The position numbers and the translations under genes were made by a program. A DNA stretch of 64,000 bases from Heteronotia binoei (lineage: Eukaryota): NCBI RefSeq assembly GCF_032191835.1, contig NC_083228.1, positions 91,574,001-91,638,000 of the forward strand, read 5' to 3'. Every line of letters begins with the position of its first letter. Within the stretch, counting starts at the first letter, position 1. The notes under the pieces were generated by a model. That model was not told where the DNA came from and searched no databases. It saw only the letters and a list, made by a program, of their open reading frames with translations. Shown here one piece after another: positions 13,030 to 24,676 of this stretch.

Positions 13030-13150
13030 AGACTTATTTTGGGGGCTGAGAGAGCTCTGAAAGAGCTGTTATTGACCTGAAGGTCAACCAGCTGGCATCA
13101 TGCACAGAACTGAACCCAGTTCTCCAGATTAGAGTCCATCGCTCGTAACC
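13030..13150 (-). mobile_element. Decayed tRNA-derived SINE (Squam3-like), 5' part
   Basis: Reverse complement resembles the SINE head (agagtagtgaagtggttacgagcgatggactctaatctggagaactgggttc). Confidence 0.6.
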
Positions 13151-15349
13151 ACTTCACTACTCTGGTTCTCTCCCCGCAGGATCTGCTGCTTTGTGGGCTC
13201 TCTTGGGCAGTCCAGTGGAGGTTTTACCAACAATATAGAATTCTTGAAGATTAGATCCAGATAGAATATGTTGATTGGTGCCTGTCTGCTTCAGTTTTGA
13301 ATATTTTGATCAAATTCCTTCAATACTAAAGGCTCTTTCAGTGTTGGAAAAAACTGCTCAATGTTTGCCTTTTGGAAACTGTGGAATTTACCATAAGGGA
13401 TACAATTCTCAGTGCCTATCTGAAGATGATCTCAATCTTGAAACAAGCAACCTATCTGGAAACCTTGTCTCATTCTTCAAAACCTGTTCTCATTCGTCAA
13501 AAGATATGGACTATTCTAATTATATGAATGTTTTAATGCACTTTTATAAATAAGATTTGTACTATAGCATATGGCTTTGAGAAAACTGAAGTGATGTTTA
13601 TCTTGTGGCAATTGTATATAAATTTATATTAGTTTACATCAATTTGATATACATTTGTATATAAAAACATTTATAAAATGCACACAAAATTGAATTTATT
13701 TTGTTACATACTTTATTTAAAAATTCATTATATTTGGCATTCTTGTTCGCAGTGGTTTCTTTTTTCAGATAGATACTTTTAAAATTGTGATTCCTCTTGC
13801 TGTGATACCAAGTTCCAACAGCAGTCATTTTCCCCATCCCAATCATCTGAGCGTTTAATATTGTTATAACATTATAATGTTGAACAGTCTATCTGATTCT
13901 CTAAATTTCCAACTTCATTTTTTAAAAAGTCTTTATTTCCTTTCATTGTGGGGATGTACCCTTCCCCCTTAGATCTCTGCAATGAAAGAAGCTAGAGGCT
14001 TATTTTTTAATGAAAGCTGGGAATTCAGATAACCTGATAAAACATAATGTTACAGCAATATTCAAATGATGGTTTAAAAAGAAAACTGAAGCTGTCACTG
14101 AGCAGGGAGTTGGAAGGGCTGTTGCTGGGAGACTGGGGCACAGAACATGTGAGGAGACTCACAATGTGGAAGTTCCCACTGCAGTATTGCCAACAATTGG
14201 AAATGAGATAGGCCTATGTGAAAAAGACCTAGGCTTTATATCCTAATGGTTCTACTACATGGAAGAGGGCTCCTTAGACTTTTCTGTCCTGCCATGGCCT
14301 CCTGTACTCCACCAAAGCCACTCTTGGAGATTGGAAATCTTCTACAATGGGGTTTGATGCTGCACTGGAGGGTGGGCTGCAGCTTGGGGGGTGGAGTAAG
14401 AGAAATCAGAGACCACCCCCTTGAAAAAGTTGATCTGCTTTCTGTTCATGTGAGGCACTCTTTGGATTCAAGCCACTGTATTTTCAATTGTTCAAAACAA
14501 TGCAACCTGCATTCCTCAGTACTTCTCCACTTTGGCTTGTCATGTACTGGGGGAAATGATGACTTGCTTGGACTTTCAGGCTGTAAGAACCCCACAGCCT
14601 CAAGGTTCTGGGAGACAAGGAGCTGCCCTTTACTTCATTTGGATAGTCGCCTTTCCATATTCCCAACATGGAACTCAGTGCACTACTCTCTTGTCCCAAA
14701 AAAGCACATTCGGGCCTAAGGCCACAATGAAGCATATTCTAAGCAGTGGGCATGGCAATATAAATTCAAATTAGATACATCCAGGCCTCCTTTTTTCCTG
14801 TCATCATTTAAAACAGTATGTTTAGACTTCTTCTTGTTCCCTTTGCTAAAGTCAGTCTAGAACCAAGGCAATTTAGAAGTAACAGTAATGAGTAGTTCAT
14901 ATGACTTGGAGATGCTGGGAGATGCTAGATGACCTCTCCTTAAAGAATGAAAGTTGCTGTTCCTGAACACTGCTTTCCTCTAAGTGGACAGACTGCAGTG
15001 GTTGCAGAAGCGCCTTTCCAGCAGCTTCGTATGACGCACTGCCCTATGAATAGAAAAGCCTGGCCTATGTTTCTGGGGGGAAAGGGTACTAGAGCAGGAC
15101 CTTTTCAGTAGTGGTACCACTGCTACAGACTACCTTCCCAGTGGAGCTCAGTATGCTGACATTGTTTGCTCTCTGCTGCAAATGAAAACATTCCTGTTGT
15201 TCAAAGGTATATCACTACAAGACTGCTATCTTATAGTAAGCCTACCACTCATTGGTCCATCAAGGTCATCAATGTCTGCTCTGACTGGCAATGGCTCCCC
15301 AGAGTCTCAGGTTGTTCTTCATATTACCTACTGCCTCAACCTCTTAACA

Positions 15350-15420
15350 GGAGATACTGGGGATTGAACCTGGAACCTCCAGCATGCAAGCCAGATGCTC
15401 TACCAATGAGCCATGGCCTC
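15350..15420 (-). mobile_element. tRNA-like SINE head (related relics near 10385-10430 and 18225-18290)
   Basis: Minus strand ggccatggctcattggtagagcatctggcttgcatgctggaggttccaggttcaatcccc has A-box and B-box like motifs, but the acceptor stem does not pair. Confidence 0.6.
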
Positions 15421-15766
15421 TCATTTTTTGTTTTGCTTCTGAAGCACAAAGCATATCACTGTTTATTCTCAGATTGTTCAGTAATTTTTTAAAGATCACT
15501 AAATTATGAATTATTGTGGTTTTAATTAGTTTCAGTTTGTACATGGCCTTGGATTTCCTTGTAGAGGAAAAAGGCCACATTTCAAAAAGCAACTGATATT
15601 TAGTGTGCAAACTGAATTGTTCTTCCAGTGCCTGCAAGCATTGCCAATATAATGCTAAACTGACATCATAACACAGGGCATATATTCTGATAATAGGATA
15701 GAAAGTCAGTGCTGATGGCTCACCTCTGAATTACCCTCCTGTCTTCATAAGGTCTTGCTCAGTTTG

Positions 15767-16039
15767 GAGAGCCAGTTTGGTGTAGTGGTTAAGTGCGCGG
15801 ACTCTGGGAGAACCAGGTTTGATTCCCCACTCCTCCAACTGCATCTGCTGGAATGGTCTTGGGTCAGCCATAGCTCTGGCAGAGGTCGTCCTTGAAAGGG
15901 CAGCTGCTGTGAGAGCCCTCTCCAGCCCCACCCACCTCACAGGGTGTCTGTTGTGGGGGAGGAAGGTAAAGGAGATTGTGAGCCGCTCTGAGACTCTTCG
16001 GAGTGGAGGGCAGGATATAAATCCAATATCTTCTTCTTC
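15767..16039 (+). mobile_element. tRNA-derived CORE-type SINE with L2-like 3' end (Squam3-like), young subfamily
   Basis: Head gagagccagtttggtgtagtggttaag with B-box ggtttgattcc, 3' end tgtgagccgctctgag...gatataaat, and (CTT)n tail. Near-identical to copies at 32674 and 59831. Confidence 0.9.
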
Positions 16040-16944
16040 AGGATACACTTGATCAAAAAACAATAAAGCTAATGTATGCACTGCATGCATTTATTTACCT
16101 TAAACATTAATACCCTGCCTCTCAACATACTGAAAAAATGTAGGACTGAAGAATGGCATAAGATGCTTTAGGCCCCTGTTGGGGACAAAAGTGAGGTTTA
16201 AATGATGTATATAATAAATGCTAAAAAAAAAAATACAAATTGCAATGAAATCAAACACAGATGATCGACTAAAAGACAACCAAAAACCACTAGGAAAAAA
16301 TGCCTCACTAGATCAGAAATAATATAAAAGAAGAATAATCAGGCATCCACCAAGAAGGGAAAAGAAATAACAATTCACCAAAGAAGCAGACTTGGCTTCT
16401 GGCCAAGTGTTTTACAACTAATACTTCATACTCTTGTCCCTGTTTTCACTCAACTAATACTTCATAGATGAGTGAAAACAGGGACAAGAGTCTAAGCCAA
16501 AGTGCCTGGGGACAGGAAAGGAGAAAAGGCTCACTGATCCCTAGATTAGCATGGGCAGAGGCCACTTCAGTTCCGCCCCAGCTGGCAGACAGGATACTGG
16601 AATACACAACAGTCCATAAAAGAGGGGCTGCGCTAACCAGTCTGTGCCAGAAGATGGAGGAGAGGAAAGAATGGCTATGTAGCAGGAAAGCCACTCAAGA
16701 AGCAAGGCCTTTCTGAGCTAGTTTCAAAAGAAGAGGACAGAGGGGAACATCTGGCCCATATTAGCGGAAGTTTAAACCAACCAACCAGGCAGCATTTTTG
16801 TAGGGTTTCCTCCACCCCTAGGAATGATGCCCGACTTTAAAGTTTGGAAGAAAATACAGACTGAATTGGCTTCCCTGGTCCTAAGAAATTTTTCTACAGT
16901 GTTCCTGCCTCCTGCCCTTGCTCCCTTTATGCCTAGCCTTCTCA

Positions 16945-17177
16945 CAGTGGTTTGGACAGTGGTTAAGTGTGCGGACTCTTATCTGGGAGAACAGGGCTTG
17001 ATTCCCCACTCCTCCACTTGCACCTGCTGGAATGGCCTTGAGTCAGCCATAGCTCTGGCAGAGGTTGTCCTTGAAAGGGTCTGTTGTGGGGGAGGAAGAT
17101 AAAGGAGATTGTGAATCACTCTGAGATTCTGAAATTCGAAGTGGAGGGTGGGATATAAATCCAATATTTTCTTCTTT
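16945..17177 (+). mobile_element. Squam3-like SINE with internal deletion
   Basis: Same family as the 15767 copy, but lacks the cagctgctgtgagagccctc...cacaggg segment. Confidence 0.85.
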
Positions 17178-19479
17178 ACAGTACCAGTAGTTGATTGTGA
17201 TGCAAGGGGCACAGGAGAGAACCAGGGAAAAAGCGTTAAAAGGGTGCTCAAGATTGTTGTGGCCAAACAACAATCTACAGATGAGTACGGGTATGGTCAT
17301 ATGCCTGTAGGAAATTATTCCCAGCAACACAGGGATTTGAACTCAGTTCCAACATACTAACCATTACCCCAAATTAGATTTCCAAAAGGGAGGCCTGTAT
17401 GTGGAAACAAACAACAGTTCTCACTTTTAAGAATAGTCCAACAGGAAAGAAACTTAACCTCAATTTTATTTGCTTCTTTGATTTGGACAGAATCAACAAC
17501 AGGAAGAAAATTCAAACTATTTTATCACACCAAAATTCTTGCACTCCAGTCAGAGAAAATCTCTCTCCCTCCCCTTCTGCTTAGCTTTCCAGCAGCTGCC
17601 ACCCAAAGATCAATCCCTCCCACAAAGGACATTCAGCCTTTCAAAGTCTATCACATTTTTGTCCTCTTTCAGCAAAATGACATTCTATTACAGAGAGAAG
17701 CATCATAATTTATGACATTCCCCCGAAGCCTCCCCAATTGCTATTCTGCTGGGACCTCAAAACCCTTATTTGTTTCTTTCTTCTACAACAGTAGGTGATT
17801 CCCAAAGCATACATGTATTGTACTGAGACTGCAATATTAAAAATTGCCTAAAGGAAATTGTACTTACTTGCAGTTGTTGGAAGGACTTGGATTATTTCTA
17901 TGTTTCCCCATTGGGAACTGAAATTTGCATATGTGGTATTTATTACAGGAAGGGCATAGGACACAAAAACTTTAGAGTGGGTGCAGAGGGAAGCAAGGAT
18001 TAGGGGCCCAAAGACTATGCCTTATGAATTTTCTACAAGACTTGACCAATTAACTGAGTGCTTTCAATTTTTTTTAAAAAAGAATACACATTAGGTTGAT
18101 TTCTAAATGTGAACACATCTCATACAGTCAGACCTCTTTGTCTTGCAAGGTTAGTATTGTCTACTCAGCTCTCCAGGAGTTCAGGCAGATGTCTTTCACA
18201 TCACTTCAACTACCTGAAGCTTTTAAAGTGGAGACATCAGAGATTGATCCTGGGGCCATCTGTATGCAAATAAGATGCTCTACTAAAGCTCCAAATGGGG
18301 AGAGGCATAAAAAATAGAATGTGCTAATGTCCATCTTTCTCCCACCTGTACACATTTCTTGAAGGTCCTCTGCACCCCTCTCTGACACCCAAGAATTCTT
18401 GCTGACATGTGGGAACTGGACTGTGAGTTGGACCCCTTGAACACAGGATCCTCCCCATGCTTACCACAGGCACTCAGAGACAAGTGAAAACAGGTCTCTG
18501 CTACATTTTCCACTAATCATTTCCTCTTTCTCCTGCAGACTTCCAATTTGCCTTTCATGCTCTATCCTGAGGGTCCTGTCACCAGCAGCAACATTTCAGG
18601 GAAAGCAGGGTGCATATGGACAGAGAGATAGGACCATTCTGTTCCAATGAACAAAGTGCCCTGTGTGAGATCCAACACACTGATTTATAGCATCAACAGA
18701 AAATGGGCGTCTTTCAATGGTTGCAGTTTTAAAACCTTTGATACAGAATGGAAAAAAATACCACATGTAATCATCATGGCAACCGATCTTTCAGTGCCAT
18801 GGGATAAACGGGCACTGATGCAATGCCGCGTGAGCAGCATTCCAGGGAAAACACAAAGGCAATGACTTTCTCTGTTTTGTTTTGCTTGCAGTTAGACATC
18901 TGGGACCAGGCACACAGCTCTAATTAAGAGAACAGTCACATGATGCATTTGATTGCCTCTGAAAATGACACAGAAGGCACACGCTTTCAAAATAAAGCTC
19001 AACCACCTGTTGAAGCAGCACATGGCAGCACAGCCTGCAAAAACATATCGTAGAGCTCTTTTTAAAATTCAGGTGCAGCTTTGCTGCTGCACCACAGAGG
19101 TGGCAGGATGCTCAGAGTGCTGCTGATTCCATTGTGGATGTGCAATTAGAACAAGAGGATTCAATATACGACTACTTAATTCTCTCCCTCTGGCTTGAGA
19201 TTTGCATAATTGTCCACATTACTTCAAGGGAGAAGATGAAGGAAACATAGCTAAGGAGAAAGATGGCACAGACTAAACCCTAGCAACAGATATTTCCCAG
19301 TCCATCCCATGGTAAGCCCAGAAAGCAAGTCATTTTCAGCAAGGCAAAATGGGAGAGCAGAGGGAAGAAATGCTGTTGGCAGGTACAAATTTCTCAGCAT
19401 TATTTTCACCTCTTGATGAAGTTACTACATCTTAATACACTAATAATAAACCCCAGTCAAGTGTGATTTTCAACAACTG

Positions 19480-19645
19480 TGGGACAGTGTGTTAAAGTCC
19501 AGGAATGGGAGACCTAGGTTCAAATTCCTGTTCAGCCATGATGCTCACTGGGGAGAACTTAAACTGGTCAGACTTGCTCAGCCTAACCTAGCTCACAAGA
19601 TTGTTACTGGGAATGGAGGAGAAGACAAAGAGTGGGGTAAAAATA
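19480..19645 (+). mobile_element. Older Squam3/MIR-like SINE
   Basis: gggagacctaggttcaaattcc...tcagcctaacctagctcacaag. Confidence 0.65.
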
Positions 19646-19741
19646 GTTATAGACAAGGGACAAATTAGCTACAGGCATGCGGAAGACAGCTCATGATCTG
19701 CATATGGTAGCAGTACTGCTAGTTGTAAACGTCTGCGCAGC

Positions 19742-20289
19742 CAGGGCTGGCTCACCCACTAGGCAAACTAGGCGGCTGCCTAAGACGCTGGCAGGGTGGG
19801 AGCACCAAATTTGGCCTTCCCCCCTCCCCCCATGGCAAACACCTAGTTTCCACACACACACACACCCGCGCCTCCTCCTCCCTCCCTTCCCCACCCCAGG
19901 TCTATTTCAATGCCCAGAGGGGCGATTGAGAGCCTCCCAGGCTGTCTAAAGGTGGCTCCCCACCCCCTGTGATCAGCTGATTGGCAGGTAAAACGGCACT
20001 GTGCGCTCACTCAGCACCTGGGCAGGTGAGTGGCAGCACCGCTACTGCTCCCTCCTCCCCACTTCCTGGATGGGATGTGGGGGGGAGCCACCTTTAGACA
20101 GCCCGGGGGAGGTGCTCAATCGCCCTTCTGGGCATTGAAACAGACCTGGGGTGGGAAGGAAGGGAGGAGGAAGTACAGTGTGTGGGGGGGGGGTGCGGCG
20201 CTGTGCAGGAGAGGCATGGCGGGCACTGTGAAGGGGGTTGGCAGGCCATCAGTCTGCCTGAGGCACCAAGCACCCTTGAGCCAGTGCTT
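19742..20289. mobile_element. Non-autonomous hAT-like element with long internal inverted repeat
   Basis: Ends CAGGGCTGGCTC / GAGCCAGTGCTT. 8-bp flanks tgcgcagc (19734-19741) and tgtgcagc (20290-20297). Internal ~90-bp inverted repeat. Confidence 0.7.
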
Positions 20290-20469
20290 TGTGCAGCAAG
20301 ACATTGTAGCCCAATTAAGGGATGGTCTGGTGGGAGACACAGTAGCAGAAGTAGTCAAAGGGCCCATGAAGCTGCCTTACACTAAGTCAAGCCACTGGTT
20401 CATCTAATTTGAGTGGCAGTGAACAGTGGCAGAGGGAGGAAAAGGTCAGAAGGCAGAATGGGTGTTTTA

Positions 20470-20645
20470 AATTGTTATTTTATTATGTTGTTATCCACTC
20501 TGAGCCCATTCCTGAGAAAGGGCAGAATATAAATTTAGATTGATAGACAATAGATAGATTGATGATGGATTGATGGATGATAGATGATTGAGGATGGATG
20601 GATGCCATATTATATGATATTATATGCCATATGATAGATGAATAT
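20470..20645 (+). repeat. L2/SINE-type 3' end followed by a degenerate (GATA/GATG)n microsatellite
   Basis: ccactctgagccc...agggcagaatataaat followed by gatagatagattgatgatggat... Confidence 0.6.
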
Positions 20646-21434
20646 TAGCTGTCTGCTAATATTAAATGCAAACACGAACCCAGGCAAATGACTCCTCTAA
20701 GGGATTGCTCCACCACACTTTTTTCATTTGGTCTCATTTTAAGCACAGACTGTTCTTCTGGCAAACCACACCCTCTCCAGGCTCCGCCTCAAATCTGTTT
20801 GCATTTCCCCTTTCTCTTTGCTTGTCAGCCCACTTCCTCCCCCTCCCGCAGGAGGAGGCAATGGCAGAGGGGGAGGAAGTGTAGGGCGCACAACAGGAGA
20901 GTGCAGGTGGTACAAACTCCAGGTACTTCCCAATCCAGAGCTGGCAATCTTAACTATACACCTAAAGCTTCAGCAGAACTGTTGCAGAAAGACTTCAGGT
21001 GAGGAGTTGGAATCCATAAGCAAAGGTGACATAATCAGACCTGGACTCAACAAGAGCTTGAAATGGTTTGTTCACTACAGATATTAACTGTCCCTCTTTG
21101 CATGTTCGTTTTACTGTGCTGATTCCTCAACAGCTCGGAAAAAGCCACACACATTCTGATGGCATCATTTAGACTTTTGCCTGGATTTTCCATCTGTGCT
21201 CTAATCTAACTATGGGACACACTTATGTGATAGATACTGGGCCTTCTGGCCTCTTTGTAATGACTCCCTCTTCCTCTTCTGTTTCCATTTTCAAATACAT
21301 ATCTGCAACTAAACATAACATGTATCTAATGAATTGGGTTCTGGCTCACAAAAGTTTGTCACAATAAATTCATTCCCCTTTAAGATTCTCTTGTATTAGT
21401 TGGCTTCTTTCAGAATCTGTTTGCAATGTTACTT

Positions 21435-22235
21435 TAAATCATAGAGTTGAAAGAGATCGCCATGCTCATCTAGTCCAAATCCCTGCACAATGCAGGAACT
21501 TCACAAATAGCTCCCCTCCACCTACATACATACATCCCCATTGACCCTTACTTCATGCCCATAAGATAGCATAAACCTCCAGGATCCCTTGCCAAACTAG
21601 CATGAAGACAAACTGCTTCCTGACTCCAAAGTGGCAATCAGCATTTCCCTGGGAGTTTAAGAAAGGGCCACAAGAACTAAACACTGATGCAATCCTTCCT
21701 GCCTTCCTTCTCATGATCTGCCTAATTCACAGGATCAGCATTGCTGTCAGATGGTCATCAATAACAATGTAGCCTCTGCTTGAAAACCTCCCAAGAAAGG
21801 AGGGCCTACCACCTCCTGAGGAAGCCTGTTCCACTTTGTCAGGAAGTTCTTCTTAATGTTTAGCCAGAAACTCTTGATTTAATTTCAATCTACTGGTTCT
21901 GGTCCAAACTTCTGGGGCAACAGAAAACAACTCTGCACCATCCTCTATATGACAGCCCTTCAAGAACTTGAAGATGGTGATCATATCATCTCTCAGTCAT
22001 CTCCTTTCCAGTTAAACATACCCAGCTCTTTCAGCCTTTCCTTGTAGGACTTGGTCTCCAAACCCCTCACCATCTTTGTTGCCATACTCTGGACACGTTC
22101 CAGCTTGCCTATATCCTTCTTAAACTGGGGTGCCCAAAACTAAACACAATACTCTAGGTGAGGTCTAATCAGAGCAGAGTAAAGTGATAACATCACTTCA
22201 TGTGACACTTTCTGTATGGCAAAGTTTTTTGCAAT
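21435..22235 (-). mobile_element. CR1 LINE 3' fragment
   Basis: The minus frame gives LYSALIRPHLEYCV, a typical CR1 ORF2 C-terminal motif. The 3' end is near aatcatagagttgaaagag. Confidence 0.85.
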
Positions 22236-22244
22236 CCTATATTG

Positions 22245-22380
22245 CAGGGGTGGCCAACGGCAGCTCTCCAGATGTTTTTTGCCTACAACTCCCATCAGCC
22301 CCAGCCATTGGCCATGCTGGCTGGGGCTGATGGGAGCTGTAGGCAAAAAACATCTGGAGAGCTACTGTTGGCCACCCCTG
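22245..22380. mobile_element. Palindromic hAT MITE (URR1/Charlie-like), 136 bp
   Basis: TIRs CAGGGGTGGCCAAC / GTTGGCCACCCCTG. Perfect 8-bp TSD ctatattg at 22237-22244 and 22381-22388. Confidence 0.95.
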
Positions 22381-23089
22381 CTATATTGAGTGTATCTTTG
22401 TTCTGTTGTAGTCAATGTGGCTTTTAACAGTATAATTAAAGATTCTCTTGTTATTGTGGGTGCAGCAGACTAACACAATTGCCCTTCTGGAATTTTCTAC
22501 AATGTTTCTGCCCTGGACTTAACTATTGACTGTTGATCTACTGCTCTGTGTTGCTGATAAAACATAAACCACTTAGAAGTCAATCCTACCGTCACAACCA
22601 CTAGCTGACCATTCCTTTGTAAAATTGACTGCTGATGAATAGCTAATGCTTCACAAACAGAAACTAGGCAGGAGGTGGTCTCTAGTCCAGCTAGCTTGGA
22701 ATCTCTTTCCAGCTCTCAAGATGTAATGTCCACAGATTCTGGAGAGAGTGACAGCCTTTCAGAGGTCGGCAAGGGGAAACAAGACATCAAAAAATCAGTT
22801 TGAACCAATCCAGCCAAAAAATGTCTAGTTGGAGGTAGTCAAGATGAAGGTGAAGGCCTCTGCGATGTTTTGCTTGTATGCATGTAAACAAAGCAAATGT
22901 TATAAAGACAGAAACAAGTGCTCTCTTACCTAAAAGATATTAATTTTATCACTGCTTAGAAACAGAACACCAAGTTCAATGGGTCACATTCAAATTCCAT
23001 AATACACAGTAGACAGGAGACATTAAGGACTGCCCAGGAGCCTTAATCGGTTTATTGACATCTTGTTTTCATTGTCTTTCCATTTATTG

Positions 23090-23215
23090 TTTGATTGCTG
23101 ATTGTTTTAACTTTATTTATGGTATTGTTGCTTGCTTATCCACCTGTTGTAAGCCACCCTGAGCCCCCTCTCAGGACACAGTGGGATATAAACCCAATAA
23201 AATAAAAAAATAATA
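23090..23215 (+). mobile_element. L2 3' tail fragment
   Basis: tgtaagccaccctgagcc...gggatataaacccaataaaataaaa. Confidence 0.6.
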
Positions 23216-23292
23216 ATGTCCTTGCAACATCCTTGTAAGGTAGGTCAGTCTTTCCTTTATACTTTATTCCCTTTATACTTCCCTTTGCCACT

Positions 23293-23400
23293 ATACCTGA
23301 TCCCCTCGTGTGATGAAGTGTGCTTAGAGAGCACACGAAAGCTTACGTTCTGAATAAAACTTGGTTGGTCTTAAAGATGCACTTGACTCCTGCTTTGTTT
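23293..23400 (+). mobile_element. Penelope-like element terminal fragment with hammerhead-like motif
   Basis: Near-identical to 30423-30530. Contains (g)TGATGA-stem-GAAA-gctt. Confidence 0.75.
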
Positions 23401-24489
23401 CCCTTTATACTGCAGATGATCCAGTCAGAGTAGCTAACCTAATGCCACCTAGTGAATTCATGGTAGAAGTTAGACATAGCCTGCATCTAAGCTGCATTTC
23501 TTAGCCCTTTACCACATTTGCACTATTTCCCCCTGCTGAAAAGACAACAAAATAAAGCTATAATGCACCTAAACAGACCAGCCAGCCAGGTGGTGCCTAT
23601 ACCAATAGACTTCAAACTTCTGAGATCCTGGACTCATACTTAACTCCAGATAACAGCATAGAACCCCCACTTAGCTGCAAGCACATCCTGGAAGTCATGC
23701 CATTTTAGGGTCACATGACACTGTCACCCTTAAAACACTGTTGAGACTACAAAATGGAGAGGCAGGGACCATATATGATGGTGTAATCTTTATGGAAGAA
23801 AGGTGGGCTAACAACCAAATAATTAATTCCATGGAGGCTAACATAGCGATTTGTAATGATATACACACTTAATTGGTAGCAAGATCACTGAATTCAGCAG
23901 GGCTTACTTCTAAGTAAGTATCCATTTGATCAAGTTACAGAAGCGTTAGCTGCAAAATCCCTAGTTTAACTCTTAGTCTAGTCTAGCTAATACTCTCTAA
24001 TGGCACAGTCCTAAAACCAGTAGATAAACTGCGCCTTGAAGTATCAACAACCTTCTGACAAATCTGTAGACCACACAGGTGCACACCAATGCTGCACCAA
24101 TTCTTCTGGAGGAGCTCCAACAGCCACTGCAGAGTTCCAACGCAAGTCCCTCTAAGGGATGGGTTCAATGACTACACTCTCACCCCCAACAAGAGAATCC
24201 CACACAATCCCACAGAGGGAGGGGGGAACCATGAAAAAGCATCACATGCCAGGTGCTCACTTCCACTGGCTTGCGGATGATGACCATTGCTCATCACTAC
24301 TCTTGTATCTCTTTGGACTCTTTGCAGGTAGCCCTCCAACAAAGGGAGAGACCAGGATGGACCTCATTCATGTTACAGTGTCAGCCCCCTGCTGAGGGCA
24401 CAACATAACCAACAGCTGCAGGGATCAGAGAGCCTCTAACTGGTCTGCTGTGAAGTTGCCAACTCTCTTGTTTTAGCCTGGTTCTTGTC

Positions 24490-24676
24490 CAGGGGTGGAA
24501 TTCTAGCAATTAGCAATCTAGCAATTCTAGCAATCTTGCATATTAGGCCAACACCCCTGATACAGCTAATCCTCCAAGAGCTTGCAAAAAAGAACCTTGT
24601 AAACTCTTGGAAGATTGGCTACATCAGGGTGTGTGGCCTAATATGCAAAGGAGCTCCTGCTGGAATTCCACCCCTG
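24490..24676. mobile_element. Palindromic hAT-type MITE
   Basis: TIRs CAGGGGTGGAATTC / GAATTCCACCCCTG with internal inverted arms. TSD not clearly preserved. Confidence 0.85.

Noticed and set aside
14246-14774. 157-aa ORF, and a minus-strand W..TEEC...FEQLK peptide reminiscent of a Gypsy RT connection
   Set aside because: No flanking RT, RNase H or integrase motifs and no LTRs. The similarity is too short to support.
15350-15420. Possible tRNA gene (also 10385-10430, 18225-18290 and the SINE heads)
   Set aside because: The stems do not form a cloverleaf and there are several decayed copies, so these are SINE heads.
24490-24540. CRISPR-like or satellite array
   Set aside because: Only four 7-9 nt units with no spacers, in a vertebrate context.
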